Assembly: GCF_009914755.1 (NCBI RefSeq) | Contig: NC_060925.1 | Direction: 5' to 3' (one strand) | Source: the human T2T-CHM13v2.0 reference genome, Homo sapiens | DNA length: 64,000 bases | Part shown: positions 28,971-43,850 of the stretch, one piece after another | Layout: every line of letters starts with the position of its first letter | Position numbering within the stretch: the first letter of the stretch is position 1 | Program-made: the position numbers and the translations under genes | Notes under the pieces: generated by a model | Databases searched by the model: none | Told to the model about the DNA's origin: nothing | Seen by the model: only the letters and a program-made list of their open reading frames with translations

Positions 28971-30840
28971 GGTCCCCTCTAAGCAGGACAGGGGCTGCTC
29001 TTATCTATCTTGTCAGATAAGAGTCACTGTATCTCTGTTATACTGAGGGTTCACAAAGGAAGTAACTCTGAGAGTTCACAAATGAAGACTGCAACTGGGA
29101 AGGATGGGGAGGGAAACGTTTTAACCTAGAACAATAGATGCAAAGACACCAAGCCAAGTAGGACATGGACACGGACACAGACACAGACACACGTACAGGC
29201 AAACCAAGTGAGCCTACATGCAGTCTTTAGAAAAAAGCCCAGGTGAGACTCTGGCCATCTGACTTCTCTCTACTGTGCAGGAAAACAAACACAATGTCCT
29301 GACTCAGTCTAATGCCAGATTTTGAAATATTATACAAAAGTCAAAGACTCTGCATCTTGATATGAAAATCTGAGACTCATGTGAACATCAGGAACAAGAG
29401 CGAGGCTGACAAACTTTACCACATGTGCTGCCTTCCTGGGCCTGGTCAGTCGCTGGGCTTTGAAATGTTTGTGAACTGAGGCCCAACTCACTTGCTTTAC
29501 AATGATGTCTCAAAGAAACTGATGATCTTGCAAGCTGAGGCAGAGATAAGCAGCCCACTTGTTTGGATTTTACTCTTTTATTTCTGAAACGGGATATTTT
29601 CAAGTTTAACTCATAATGGTTATCTGATGTGAGCTTTAAGAACTTTTCATTATATTTTAAACTCTGGAAATGTAACCGTCTCGGCTGCCCCATGACAGAG
29701 AATTTACAACTTGGATCTGTAGTTTTATAACTTCTCTGGAGAGTCAGATGGAGAGAGGAGATGAAACAACCACACATATTCAATTGGCTTATCCACTTAA
29801 AATGAAGTTTTGCTTGGGTTTAGGAATTAAGAGTATCTCTTTATTTTTGAAGTAAACTTATGAAGTCTAGCCAAATGATTCAAGTATGAATAATTCCTCC
29901 ATGGATTGTATTTCAAGCAACACAGTACAGGATTTACCCGATAAGGTTCTTAAGATTAGCATCCATTTGACAAGCAGTTCTGCCTATATGAACAGGAGAT
30001 TTAGACCTTGGTTAGTCATCCTGGAAATGCCAGCCTTCTCAGCAGCACTTTAGAGAAAGTTGGAGTTGGAGTGGTGTGGGATCCCCTGGCTTGGCAAGGT
30101 CTTTACGTTATCCTCAATACCCCCTGGCACGCCCGCAGACAAGCGCTTTGCCTGTGGGCTTCCCATTGTTACCCGGGTAGCCCCTTCCCACTTGGACCTG
30201 TGTTGAGCTGGGCCCCACCCCCAGCACTGAGGCCTCTCCCAGCCTCCAGGATCTCAACTCAGTCCCAGGCAACACAAGGGAGGCTATCAGCTCCCAAAAT
30301 GACCTTCCCTCGGCCAGCGTACTTTCCTTGGGGAGGTCTGTGTAGCCTTGGGAGATAAAGTCAAGGTTTAAAACAATCTGAATGCACGGCTCTACTTTCC
30401 ATCTCAGCTAACAGCTTTAAGCGAAAACAGATATGAGGTTAGGAAAATGGTTTTTCTCCTTTGCACCTTGCTTCAAGCGAGTTAACCCCAACCATGACCC
30501 GACCCGCCGCCCCACGGAACACGCCGCCTTGCCAGATGCTTCGGAGTCCGCTCAACCTCCTCCTCGACGAGTGTCTACACCTGATTACACCGTTTTAAAG
30601 CGGCGGCGCCCTCAGCGGCCTAAGTGGGTAAGGACAGTTGGGCTGTACGATCTATCGGAACCTCCTTCCCACCGTCCCTCCCTTCCTTTGCCTTCCCTCG
30701 CCTCTCCCCACCGCGACGCAGAGGGAGCAACACAACCAACTATTCATTCTTTCTCAACAAAGGGAGAGAGGGAGGGAGATGTTGTCAACAGTTACAGGGC
30801 AGGCTCCTTCGCTTTCTTTGCAAACTTCCCAAGAGATTAC

Positions 30841-31130
30841 CGGAGAAACTCGCCTCCTCGGAGCCTTGGGCTTCCACCAGAGCGCTCTGGGCCCTCGCAT
30901 CTGCCCGACCCCGGCCGGCTTCTGCGAAGAGGGGACGGGCGGGACAGGGCGGGGTGGCCGGCAGAGCAGCTCCGACGGGCAGGGGGTCGGGCGAGGCCAG
31001 CGCCCGGGAAGATGCCGCTCGAGTGCCACCGAGCAAGATGCCTGGCCGCCAATCGCTGAGCGCTCCCCGCCGTGGGCCACGTCTCGGGGAGTCCCAGCGC
31101 GCTCGGAGGGCCTGGAGAGCGCAAGCCCCA
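30841..31130 (-). other. BCAR3: possible alternative first exon within the CpG island
   Basis: Candidate donor CCG|GTAATC at 30841/30840 in the downstream half of the island. The 5' end is a guess. Confidence 0.35.
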
Positions 31131-31331
31131 GCCCCACTTCAGTCACCCCCGCCCCCAACGCCAAATCCGCTGGCGGGGGTGGGTAGGGACCAACAAACGC
31201 CGGCTCTACTTTCCCCAGAGCCTAACTTTGTCCAACAAACTTCCTAGCGTGTCCTCACCGGGGTGGGGGAGGCCCAGGCGCCCCGGGAGGAACAGCACCC
31301 CGAGGACGCTGGGCGCGCGGCGGAGACTCAC

Positions 31332-31602
31332 CTCCCGGCGCGGCGCTGGGCGCTCGGGCTCTCAGGATCTCTGGACCTCCGGCTGGGGCTCAAAGGCGCC
31401 GCGCGGCCGGCCTCGCACCGCCCGCGCCGCGGCTGCTCCCGGAGCTGGGGACGCTCATGGTCCGCGGGGCGTGCCCGCCGAGAATCCCGCGCGCGTCTAG
31501 CCGGTGCGCCCCGCAGCTCCGGCTCCGGTCCCGGCCCCGTCCCCCGCCCGGCCAGCAGCAGGCGCAGCTCTGAGCCGGCGGCGCGCACTCCGGCCCTCAA
31601 CT
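31332..31602 (-). other. BCAR3: BCAR3 non-coding first exon (5' UTR); 5' end approximate
   Basis: Near-perfect donor GAG|GTGAGT at 31332/31331 inside the CpG island. An Inr-like CCAGTT has its A at 31602, just downstream of a GGGGTGGGG box. The TSS is inferred, not observed. Confidence 0.8.
31390..31458 (-). other. upstream ORF in BCAR3 exon 1 (22 aa, MSVPSSGSSRGAGGARPAARRL)
   Basis: GGACCATGA start at 31458 and TGA at 31392-31390, translated by hand. Actual translation is unproven. Confidence 0.65.
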
Positions 31603-32064
31603 GGTGATTTGCGGCTCCGCGGCCCCACCCCGGCGAGCCGATTCGCGCTGCCTTGCGGAACCCCCCGAGACATTTACATTCGGTGACCTAGCCAGGCCCT
31701 CCTCTGCCCGGATTTTAGAGTTTGGCTCTCTTCGTATCTCCCCAAGGAGCCAGTCCTCAAGTATAGCTCGATCACTTCCTTTCTGAAGCTCTCTCCAGAG
31801 ACAGCCTCGTCGAATCCACTCCTTCCCCTTCCCCGCGTTATTTAATTACCCAACAGATCTGCTTTGCTCGTCTGCAGACACCTGGCTGGCTTTCAATGTG
31901 AAGGGCTTTGATGAGACAAAGCCCCAGGTAACCACAAATGAACCATCCACGGGAACAGGCAAATCAATTGCACTCGTATGGACGTATTGAAAGCAAAGTG
32001 CGAGTTGGCGGTGGCACTTCAGCACTAGATGATTTGGTGGGGTGAAAAATTGGAGCCCACTGGA

Positions 32065-33660
<1,596 letters not shown>

Positions 33661-34355
33661 CAAAGAAATTTTTTTTAATTGTACTGTATTGGGTGTACCA
33701 TTTTAATCCCTCTTAGAAACAGTTGTTGGTAAGTCTACAAGATTCTAAGTGCAGCATCCTTTAGAATGAGTACCTTTCGCTTATGAGTGTTTTTGTGGGT
33801 TAGTCTTTATCCTTCCTACTTCATTAGAAGCATGAATATTTGATTTTTGTTGTATTTTCCCCCAAGTGTTTAGTGCAGTGAATGTCAAACAGACCAGCTA
33901 GTATATTTCTAAATCGAAGTATCCGAAATTCATTTACTGATTTTCTGTTGCTCTGAGGTGTCACTGAGAACAGTGGAAAAACATTAGTTTTTCTTGATTT
34001 TCAAAGTTCCCTGAGTACCTACTATACAGTATCTACTGCATAACCTACAAAGTTTCTAGTGCAGAGCATGGGGGAGGTAGCAATAAAGAAAGACCAGAAG
34101 AAAACCTTGGGCAAGCCATTCTTCCCCTCAGTCCCTCCATTTCCTCATGAGTAAGTGAATATATGCCCACCTCACAGGTTTCCATGAGAAGTCAAGGAAA
34201 TAATGGATGTGAAACTGCCTAGCACATAGCAGGTTTCATTAATTATCACTAGAATTGATGACACATTCTATCATTTGTCTTCACAATATCCCTGAGAGAT
34301 AGGAGGCATCTCTATCCTCATCTTACATGGGAGGAAACAGACTCAGGAAGGTTAA

Positions 34356-34764
<409 letters not shown>

Positions 34765-34899
34765 GAATCAGGTATTTTAAGTTCAGTGGATCTTTCCATC
34801 AAACCACAACCACATTCACATTTGTATCCCCTGGGCCTGGCACATGGTAGATGCTCAATATATGTTAATGGTTTAATAGTGGGAGTAATTTAAATATAA

Positions 34900-35780
34900 T
34901 TTTTTGACTAGGTAGTATTCACAGAACCATTGCAGTATGGTTCACAAGTTAAAACTATATAATAAGGTATCCTGTGAAAAGTTCCCCTCTTACCTCTGTC
35001 TCCCATCTGCCCAGACCCCCTCCCACTAGAAATAAGTACTGCTATTAGTACTGCTATTAATATTGTATGTGCCTACCAGAGTTTCTATGTGTGTGTGTGT
35101 GTGTGTATGTGTGTGTGCGAGTGTTATTACCCCCTCCCTACACAAAAAGTAACATACTATACCCATTGTTCTACACTTTGCTTTTTAAAAACCACTTAAT
35201 ATATCTTGGAGATTTTCATATATTAGTACAGAGGGACTCTCTTCATTCTTTTTTGCATAGCATTTCTTTGAAGAGATGAACCATAATTTACCAAACATTT
35301 AGCTTGTTTCCAATCCTTTCTTATTACAAACCATATGGCAATAAATAAAATGTGCAAGTATTCTGTAAAATAAATTTCCAGAGGTAAAATTGCTGAGTCC
35401 AAGGGTATATGCATTTGTAATTTTGATAAATAATGCCAAATTGCCTTCTATAAGGATTGTACCAATTTCTACTCCCCAGCAATGTAAGAAAATGCCTATT
35501 TCCCCACAGCTTGGCCAGAAGGTGTTATTAATAACCCCTTCAATTTTTGTCAACTTGATAAGTAAAATATGAATTTCAGTGTAATTTTAATTTACATTTC
35601 TTTTATAATAAGTGAGGATGCTTATATTTTCATGTTTAGTAGACTTTTTTTTCTTTTTTGGAATTTGTATTCCTGTTTTTCTACCCATTTGTAGGTCTTT
35701 TTCTTACCAATTATCTAGGACCTCTTTCCACATTAGGAAGTTTAGCTCTTTGTGCTATGAGCTTCACATATTTTTCAATG
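34900..35780 (-). mobile_element. L1ME-like fragment containing a (TG)n run at ~35087-35118
   Basis: AATTGCTGAGTCCAAGGGTATATGCATTTGTAATTTTGATAAATAATGCCAAATTGCC. Confidence 0.7.
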
Positions 35781-35993
35781 ATAATATTAAAAGGGGTGAC
35801 ATATGCAAAATACTGTTATTTTAGGAAGCAAGTAGAATGAATTAGAGAAGTGAGAGACAAGTTGGGGGCACTGATCAGAAGGCTATGGAATCACTTCTTG
35901 CCAAATGACAAGGGCTTTCTCTAGGCTGGTGGGAATAGAGGTAAAAGGCCAAAGTTATTACAAAGAAATAATTGACAAGAGTTATTAATTAGC

Positions 35994-36155
35994 TCCAGGC
36001 ACTGTGGTGCATGCCTGTAGTACCAGCTACTCGGGAGGCTGAGGTAGAGGATCACTTCAGCCAGGAACTTGAGGCTATAGTATGCTATGATTGCGCCTGT
36101 GCATAGCCACTGCACTCCAGCCTGGGCAATACAGTGAGCCCCATTACAAAAAAAA
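35994..36155 (+). mobile_element. FAM-like fossil Alu monomer
   Basis: Single monomer retaining the 7SL-type segment GCGCCTGTGCATAGCCACTGCACTCCAGCC; TSD AGTTA(T/A)TAATTAGC at 35980-35993 and 36156-36169. Confidence 0.75.
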
Positions 36156-37018
36156 AGTTAATAATTAGCAATGATAACAATTACGATAACATTAGCTGTA
36201 CTTGGTTTAGAAGTAACTACATGCCAACTACTATGCTAAGTGCTTTACAAGCTTTAAGCCATTAATCGATACTTGCCCCATTTCACAAATGAGAAAAGTG
36301 ACTTTACCAATTAAGAAACTTACTCAAGTTCAAATGAGATTTAAATGGCAGAACCAAAGCTAACCCCAGGTCTGTCTGACCCCTGCTGCTTGGCAGAGTG
36401 GAGGAGAATTATCAAAGGTCTTCAGTCAGAGTGCCTGAGTAACTGCCTGGCTTGGCAACAGATGTCAAAGCTGGAGAACAGCTCCCTTTGGCTGGAGGGA
36501 CAAACTCAGTTTTAGAAACGCTGAGCATTTTTCAAAGCTCATTCTTGTCCATGACCACTCTTGCTATAGTGTCTTTGTGAGTCAAAGAGGGTAGTATCCC
36601 TATTTTACTGGTGAGAAGACTCAGGTACCACAAACTAAATAACCAGATGTTCTATTCCCTAGGAAACCTTCCCTGACACCCAGCATAGGTCAGGTTCCCC
36701 AGTTAAATGTGCCTTACAGCACCCTCTCCTTCCTGGAATTTGTCACAGCCAGTAATTATTCATTTCCGTTATTGCTGTTGAATACCTGTTGCTCTATAGA
36801 CTCTAAGATCTATATCTGGTTTTGCCTTTGTTTTGTTCTTAGTTTGGGGCCTGGCACTCAGTACTTATTGAATGAATGAACTCCTTTGGCTTTTCACCTT
36901 TATATTACATCATAAATCTCCCCATAGGCTAAATAAATATAATCCCCTGGATGTTGGTCATGCTATAAACAATTTTAGAATTCAAACTTCTTCAAGTCCA
37001 CAACCAGGCTTCATCTAA

Positions 37019-37340
<322 letters not shown>

Positions 37341-38236
37341 ACACTTAAATTTTTAAATATTGCAACCCTGGGTTCCTTTGCCCAAGAGACACATGAACAG
37401 ACAACATAACAATGACTTCTGAGCAGCACAAAAGCCTTTGTCAGGGAGCACTCAACCTGGAGTTGATCCCTTCCTGCCACAAAGTAATTGGTTGAGTCCC
37501 ATCCCGTAACAGCACTAATTAACAGGCAGCTGGGGTAGGCATTAGATGAAATGCACTTTAACAAAGAACAATCCCTAAAGTTCTTGCTTTGCCAAGCCCT
37601 AACAGTAACAGGTAAGGAATAACAAGTGCTTAAGCTATCACCAAGGAAGATCAATCAGAAAAGCTGAACTTGAACAACTGCAGAAAGAAAGATAGAGAAT
37701 TCCCTGAAGTTAATATATCATAACTACTGATACAAAGAGCTGGCAACACTGATATGGACCAGAAAGGCAAAATTCTGCAATATTTTCAGAAGTCTTACCC
37801 TCTAGGTGCCTGCCCCTGAAGAGCTAGCCATGAACTTGGTGTCCAGTCTACTAGGCAGGGAAGTCAACTCAGCTTCCAAAAGGCCTGTGTGATAGCTGCA
37901 TACTTACTATCACGTTGGCCAGAGAAATCATTGTCTGAGGACTATGGCTTACTAAACCTCAGTAAATACTATTGAATAAATAGTGACAGAGTGAAGAAAA
38001 GATGAACTTCTTGACAACATAGGCTCATTTTCTATGCAAAGTACACCTCAACCTGATTGTCTATATTTGAACCACCCATTTCAAGACTTACTCTTATCAC
38101 CGGACTCTGGAGCCTGTTTCCCATTTACATCCTCAGTCTAATTACTAGCTTTTTTTTTTCACTAATTATCTTCTTAATTCAACAATTCAAAGAAATACAC
38201 CAAAACGTCTCTGGATAGGAATTCCAGATGATTTAA

Positions 38237-38692
<456 letters not shown>

Positions 38693-38938
38693 TAAAATGT
38701 TACTTAAAAACAAATTCAAAAACATATTTTAAAAATATAAACAAAGTTTTAAAAATTCATTGAGCATCTACCATATGGAAAGCATCACTAGCCCTGGGAG
38801 GTATGAAAGTGATCACATTACCAGGACTTTCATCCTAGCAGGGAACATGGCATGGATCTGGAGTGAGAGAAGGATGAGCTGCAGCAGAGCTCCCAGTGCT
38901 GTGGGAACGCAGAGAAGGGAGAGATTAAAAGTGCTGGG

Positions 38939-39278
<340 letters not shown>

Positions 39279-40074
39279 AAGTGCTGGGGACAGACTGTTG
39301 ATGCTGGTGATGCCCATAAAAATAAAGAAGAGGGAGGAGTTGTAGGGGGGCAGGGAGCTTGATTATGGAAATGAAGAGAGAGGAAACAAATGTATGTAAA
39401 ACCTAGTGGCGATGGCCACCTGACTGCCTTCTTGAGTTATGACCGGAAAGGGCTCAGTTTAGATGCTTCAGGCTACCCTGGGGTTGGGGGTGGGTGGTGA
39501 TGATGAGCTGTGCTGCCTTGTTCTAGCGCAGGAGGAATGCAGATGGTTGAGGGAAATGCAGGGAACAGAAAGCATTTATGCTTCACCAACTCCCCTATAC
39601 AGAAGGAGCCAGACTGACAGAAAAACCTGACTTGCTTGGATGTACCAACTCAGTCTCTGAGAGCAAAGTCAGCCTTCCAGGGGTTCACTTTCCTGTACAT
39701 ACTAAGATAAACATCCTAAAATGCTCATGGCAGCATCATTTACAGATAATCTGTAGAGGAATTATTTAATTATAGCACATCTATACCTGGCATGCACTCT
39801 GCAGCTGATAAGAATGAGGTAATTCCATAGGTACCGATAGGCAGCTGTGAAACGTTAGGTGAAAAATACAAGTTGCCCTTTTCATGTGAAAATAACAGAC
39901 TTCTGTAATTGTGTGCATTTGTGTGGGATTATGTACAAATGTCTTGAAGAATTTCCTCCCATCAAACCGAGAAGTGAAGCTGACTGGTGAGCACAAAGGG
40001 ATGCTCCTTTTCTTTCATGTTATTCTAAACTGACTTTTTTCTGATTATCACTAATTACTTTTATTTTGTTTTAT

Positions 40075-40300
40075 AATTTACACAGTGCTTACTATGTGCC
40101 TGGTACTGTTCTAAGAACCCTACATACATTAACTCATTTGATTTTGACAATAATCTTATAAGGTGGCACTGTTCTTTTCCCCTTTTACAGATGAGGACAT
40201 GGTCCTTGCCCAGGTCATATAGCAATATGTAAAGGAGCTGAGCTCTGAACCCAGGCCATCTAGTTCAGACTTTGTGCTCTTAATCACTAGGGTTCAGTGC
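40075..40300 (-). mobile_element. MIR
   Basis: GTGCTTACTATGTGCCTGGTACTGTTCTAAG...TTTTACAGATGAGGA. Confidence 0.8.
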
Positions 40301-40334
40301 CTCAAAAAGACTAAATAAACAAATAGCACTGCTT

Positions 40335-40535
40335 TTAGAATCAGACACATCTGCATTTGAATCCCAGATTTTGCAAGTTAGCTGTGCAATTCCTAGCAAC
40401 TGTCTGAATTCTAGATCAGTTTCCCCATATGTAAGATGAGGATAATAGTTACATACCTCATGATGCTGTTGTGAAAATTACAAAAAATATGTTTAGTGCC
40501 AGGCACTTAGTGAGCACTTGATAAATGTAGACTAT
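40335..40535 (+). mobile_element. MIR
   Basis: TTAGAATCAGACAC...CAGTTTCCCCATATGTAAGATGAGGATAATAGT. Confidence 0.75.
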
Positions 40536-42739
40536 TTTGACTATCGAGATTAAACTACTAGGCCTTTAATGTATATTCGTTTTCTAGGCCATTTTCTTGA
40601 CTGGCTGCCTGACATTATTGGGTGCTTCAAGGGTGAGTGGAAAGGGGGAACTTGGGAAAAAGGGGGAATCTGACTGAAAAAGTAGAAAATGCTAAATTAA
40701 CACTTCTGTTTCACAGTTTTGCCTAAACCGAGTCCAATTAAACCATTAAGATGAATAATATGTGTATGAGTTTTAGAGTCATTCTGGGGTAAAATATCAC
40801 TATACTCAGGAGGAGAATATGGAGCCTCAGGGATTGCCCAAGGCCACTGAGCAAATTACATAGCAGAGCCAGGACTGAAGGTGAGACATTCTAATTCCAC
40901 ATCCCATCCTCTTTCCACAACACCCACTGCCTGAGCCAGTGTGGGGCTATCAGGGTTGGGAAGTGGTGACTTCAGCCTCTCAGAAGGAAAGCATTATAGA
41001 AATGATAGTGGTAATGGTCCCACTGGGGAACAGCCTCCCATTACTTCACAGGCTGCTGTTGCTGAGTGGGAAAAATGGTCTCCCCTGCACTTCAGAGCTA
41101 AATCGAAGCAGGGGCAAGTATGACAGACACACCCCTTCCCTGTGGGGTACACACAGCCTGGGGTCAGATTACTGTCCCTTTCTCTCGGCTGTTTAAGGTG
41201 CTTATTTTTACAGGAGTTATCATTCTACAAAGCAGGACACAATCCACCCTGCAAGAGACAGGCGGCCTTGGCAGGCAGGTGGTTGCCAGTGGGTGGTGGG
41301 AGGGGCCAGATTAGAGCCTTGGTCCTTGCTCCCAGCTCAGCAGCCTCCTGCTTGTGCCTGTTCCTTCCTCATTTTCCACCCAGGAGCAGAAGGGGCAGGC
41401 AGAGCCCAGGAAGGAATGTGCATCTGTGAGGCTCTGACCAGCAGCCCATTTTTCAGGCTCAGTCAATCCCTGCAAAGTAAGGGTCATTATCCCATTTTCC
41501 AGGAAAAAAAAAATGCAAATGGAAATGGACAGGAAAGACCAAGAGTTCTCAGCCTTTTTTCTAATAAGACATGAATATGTACAATTCACTCCCACGTGAG
41601 TGGCAGGGGTGTACGATCCCACACCATTCTCTTTCACTCAAGAGACCTTTTGCTGCTAAAATGTGGACAACTCTTAAAGCTGGACTTGGTTACACTATTC
41701 TCTCTACTTTTGCATATGGTTGAAAAATGCCATGATGAAAAGTTAAATAATGTTTCTAAAATTCCTTTGGAATGCAAGTGAGTGAAAGTGGTGCTATGAT
41801 AAAGACAATCTAGGGTTGGCCAGTTTGATTTTTAAATAAGTGATTTATAACTGACACTGCATCATTAGGAATGAAGTGCTCGCCGCACAGCTCGGCATCC
41901 AGTGCAAGAGCAGCTGGCACAGCAAGCTGGAGGGCTGCAAGAGGCTGTCAGTTTGGCCCTTTCCTCTCTGGTTCCTTCCTCACAGGAACCCCCCTCCCCA
42001 GTGCACACACAGCTGCTGTGGGGCACTGCTTTTGCCTCCTCTTGTGTGGTAACCATTTGGAACTGCTTTTAATGGTGCTGTCGACAGTACTGAGGTTTCC
42101 AAATGGTAAGAATAATTTCCAGATAGTAACACAGTCAAGCATAAGGAGACACACAAGAATTGGCCTAGGTGTCTGCAAAGAGGGAGAGAGCACCAAAGGT
42201 TCTGATGGGGGAAACACAAACTAAATATGAATCATAAAAGCTATGCTTACCAGCCCAGGGCTAAGAACTTTGTGTGCATCATCTGAGTTAATCCTTTCAG
42301 CAACCTAGAGAGGTGGGGGTTATTAAGCCCTTTTTATAGACGAGAAAATGAAAGCACAAAAAGGCAGAGTAACCAGCCAAGTTCACAGAGCTGGGATGTG
42401 GAGCTCCCTAAACTGGCCTCCCTGACTCCACTGCCCACTTCATCTCCCAGTGTGAACCCTTGTTCCTCAGAGTGAGTGGGAGAGTTTGGGGTTGATTGCT
42501 TGAGCGTGGTGTGGAATGGCACAGTGAATCTTAAGAGAAGCAAGCAAGCTGGGTTAGGTAAACTTAGCCCAGTGCCTGGCACTTGCTAGGCATTCCATAG
42601 ATATTTGAGATTTGGACTTTTGAACAGAGTTTCAGACATAGGGTCAGAGTGTGTGGGGGTCTCAAGCAGGTCAGGAACCACAGTCAAGCCTCTACATACA
42701 CTTGAATTTTCCCCATGGCAGGAACCCACATTGAAGGTT

Positions 42740-42900
42740 CACAGGTGTGTCCTAGCGCCGTCCTGGGGCTGTGGAGCAGCTGCCTCTCCAGTGCCCGGGG
42801 TTTGCCATAAATGCCGAATCTCAGCCCCACCCTAAGGCACTGACTCAGAACCCACATTTTAACAAGCCTCCCCGTGACCTGTGTGAGAGGCACTGCTCCA
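42740..42900. mobile_element. MER5-like hAT MITE
   Basis: AAATGCCGAATCTCAGCCCCACCC...ACTCAGAACCCACATTTTAACAAGCCTCCCCGTGA. Confidence 0.6.
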
Positions 42901-43659
42901 ACTCAACAACCCTCCTGCAAGGGAGCAAGCCAGCAGTCATCCTTCTACCCAGTACAGGGGAAATTTCTTTTTCCTGTACTAGGCTTAGGGAATAGCACTT
43001 TGGGGGGCTAACCCCTGGTGCTGCCCTAACCTCTTCCTCACAAAACCTTTCATACAGCTGTGAGAGGCAAACTTCTCAGTTGTCAGCATTTCCAGGAAGA
43101 AAGAACCCCTTGAGTGATCTCCATGTGACCTCGTCTGTCTCAGGTTCATGAACATGAAGGTGAGAGCAGCTCTTCCTCACAGCATGACCAGGCAGTGACA
43201 AACACGCCACATGGAAGGAAATGAGTGAACAATCCTCGCATATTCTGAAGTGAGTCATTGGCCTTTCTTGTGGACTGGGTACTGGATGATTAAATTTCTG
43301 GTTTCTGTTTCTTATTTCAGAATATATTGATGATGAACACATAGCGTCCCCCAAAGTGCAAGGTGCTGGGGACAACAGATCAGGTGGTCCTTTAAAACAC
43401 TTTATACAAAAATAATATTATACTGTTACCACCTTGGTAACACAGTAAAAATAGAGGACAGGTAAGATGCCTCTGTAAACACGGACTGCTGTGATTTTGG
43501 TGACTAGTAGGGGGCAGAAACTCGAAAGTAGCTCCAGGGACGCTCACCTCTTGTGCTCCTATCCCACTGTCCATCTCCCATCTGCTCTGGGCTCTCAGTG
43601 TGGAGTGGAGCTGATAGTGGTCTCCACCACCAAGGCTCTGCCTCTTGCTTGAGCCCCTG

Positions 43660-43850
43660 AGCACCTACTCTTGGCACTCTGTGTGCTTTGCCCACTTAAT
43701 CCTCACGACAGCTCTTTGAGGCAGGTATTATTATCCCTATTTTATAGATGAGGAGATTGAGGTGCAAAGAGAGGCTAAGTTGCCCAAGGTTGCATGTCTA
43801 AAAAGTATCAGAGGATGAGAATACAGATCTGACCAGGATTCTAAAGCCCA
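43660..43850 (-). mobile_element. MIR
   Basis: TTAATCCTCACGACAGC...TATTATCCCTATTTTATAGATGAGGAGATTGAGG. Confidence 0.75.

Larger units (their letters stand above)
30470..31900. promoter_or_regulatory. BCAR3: CpG island / BCAR3 promoter
   Basis: Sharp rise in GC and CpG density against a CpG-depleted background. Multiple GC boxes (GGGCGG, GGGGTGGGG), an ETS-like AGGAAGTG (-) near 31772, no obvious TATA box. Lies about 6.7 kb upstream of the ATG exon. Confidence 0.93.

Noticed and set aside
30433-31786. Many overlapping 100-208 aa ORFs on both strands
   Set aside because: They lie in the CpG island, where stops are rare. The products are Arg/Pro/Gly/Ala-rich low complexity with no recognisable domain.
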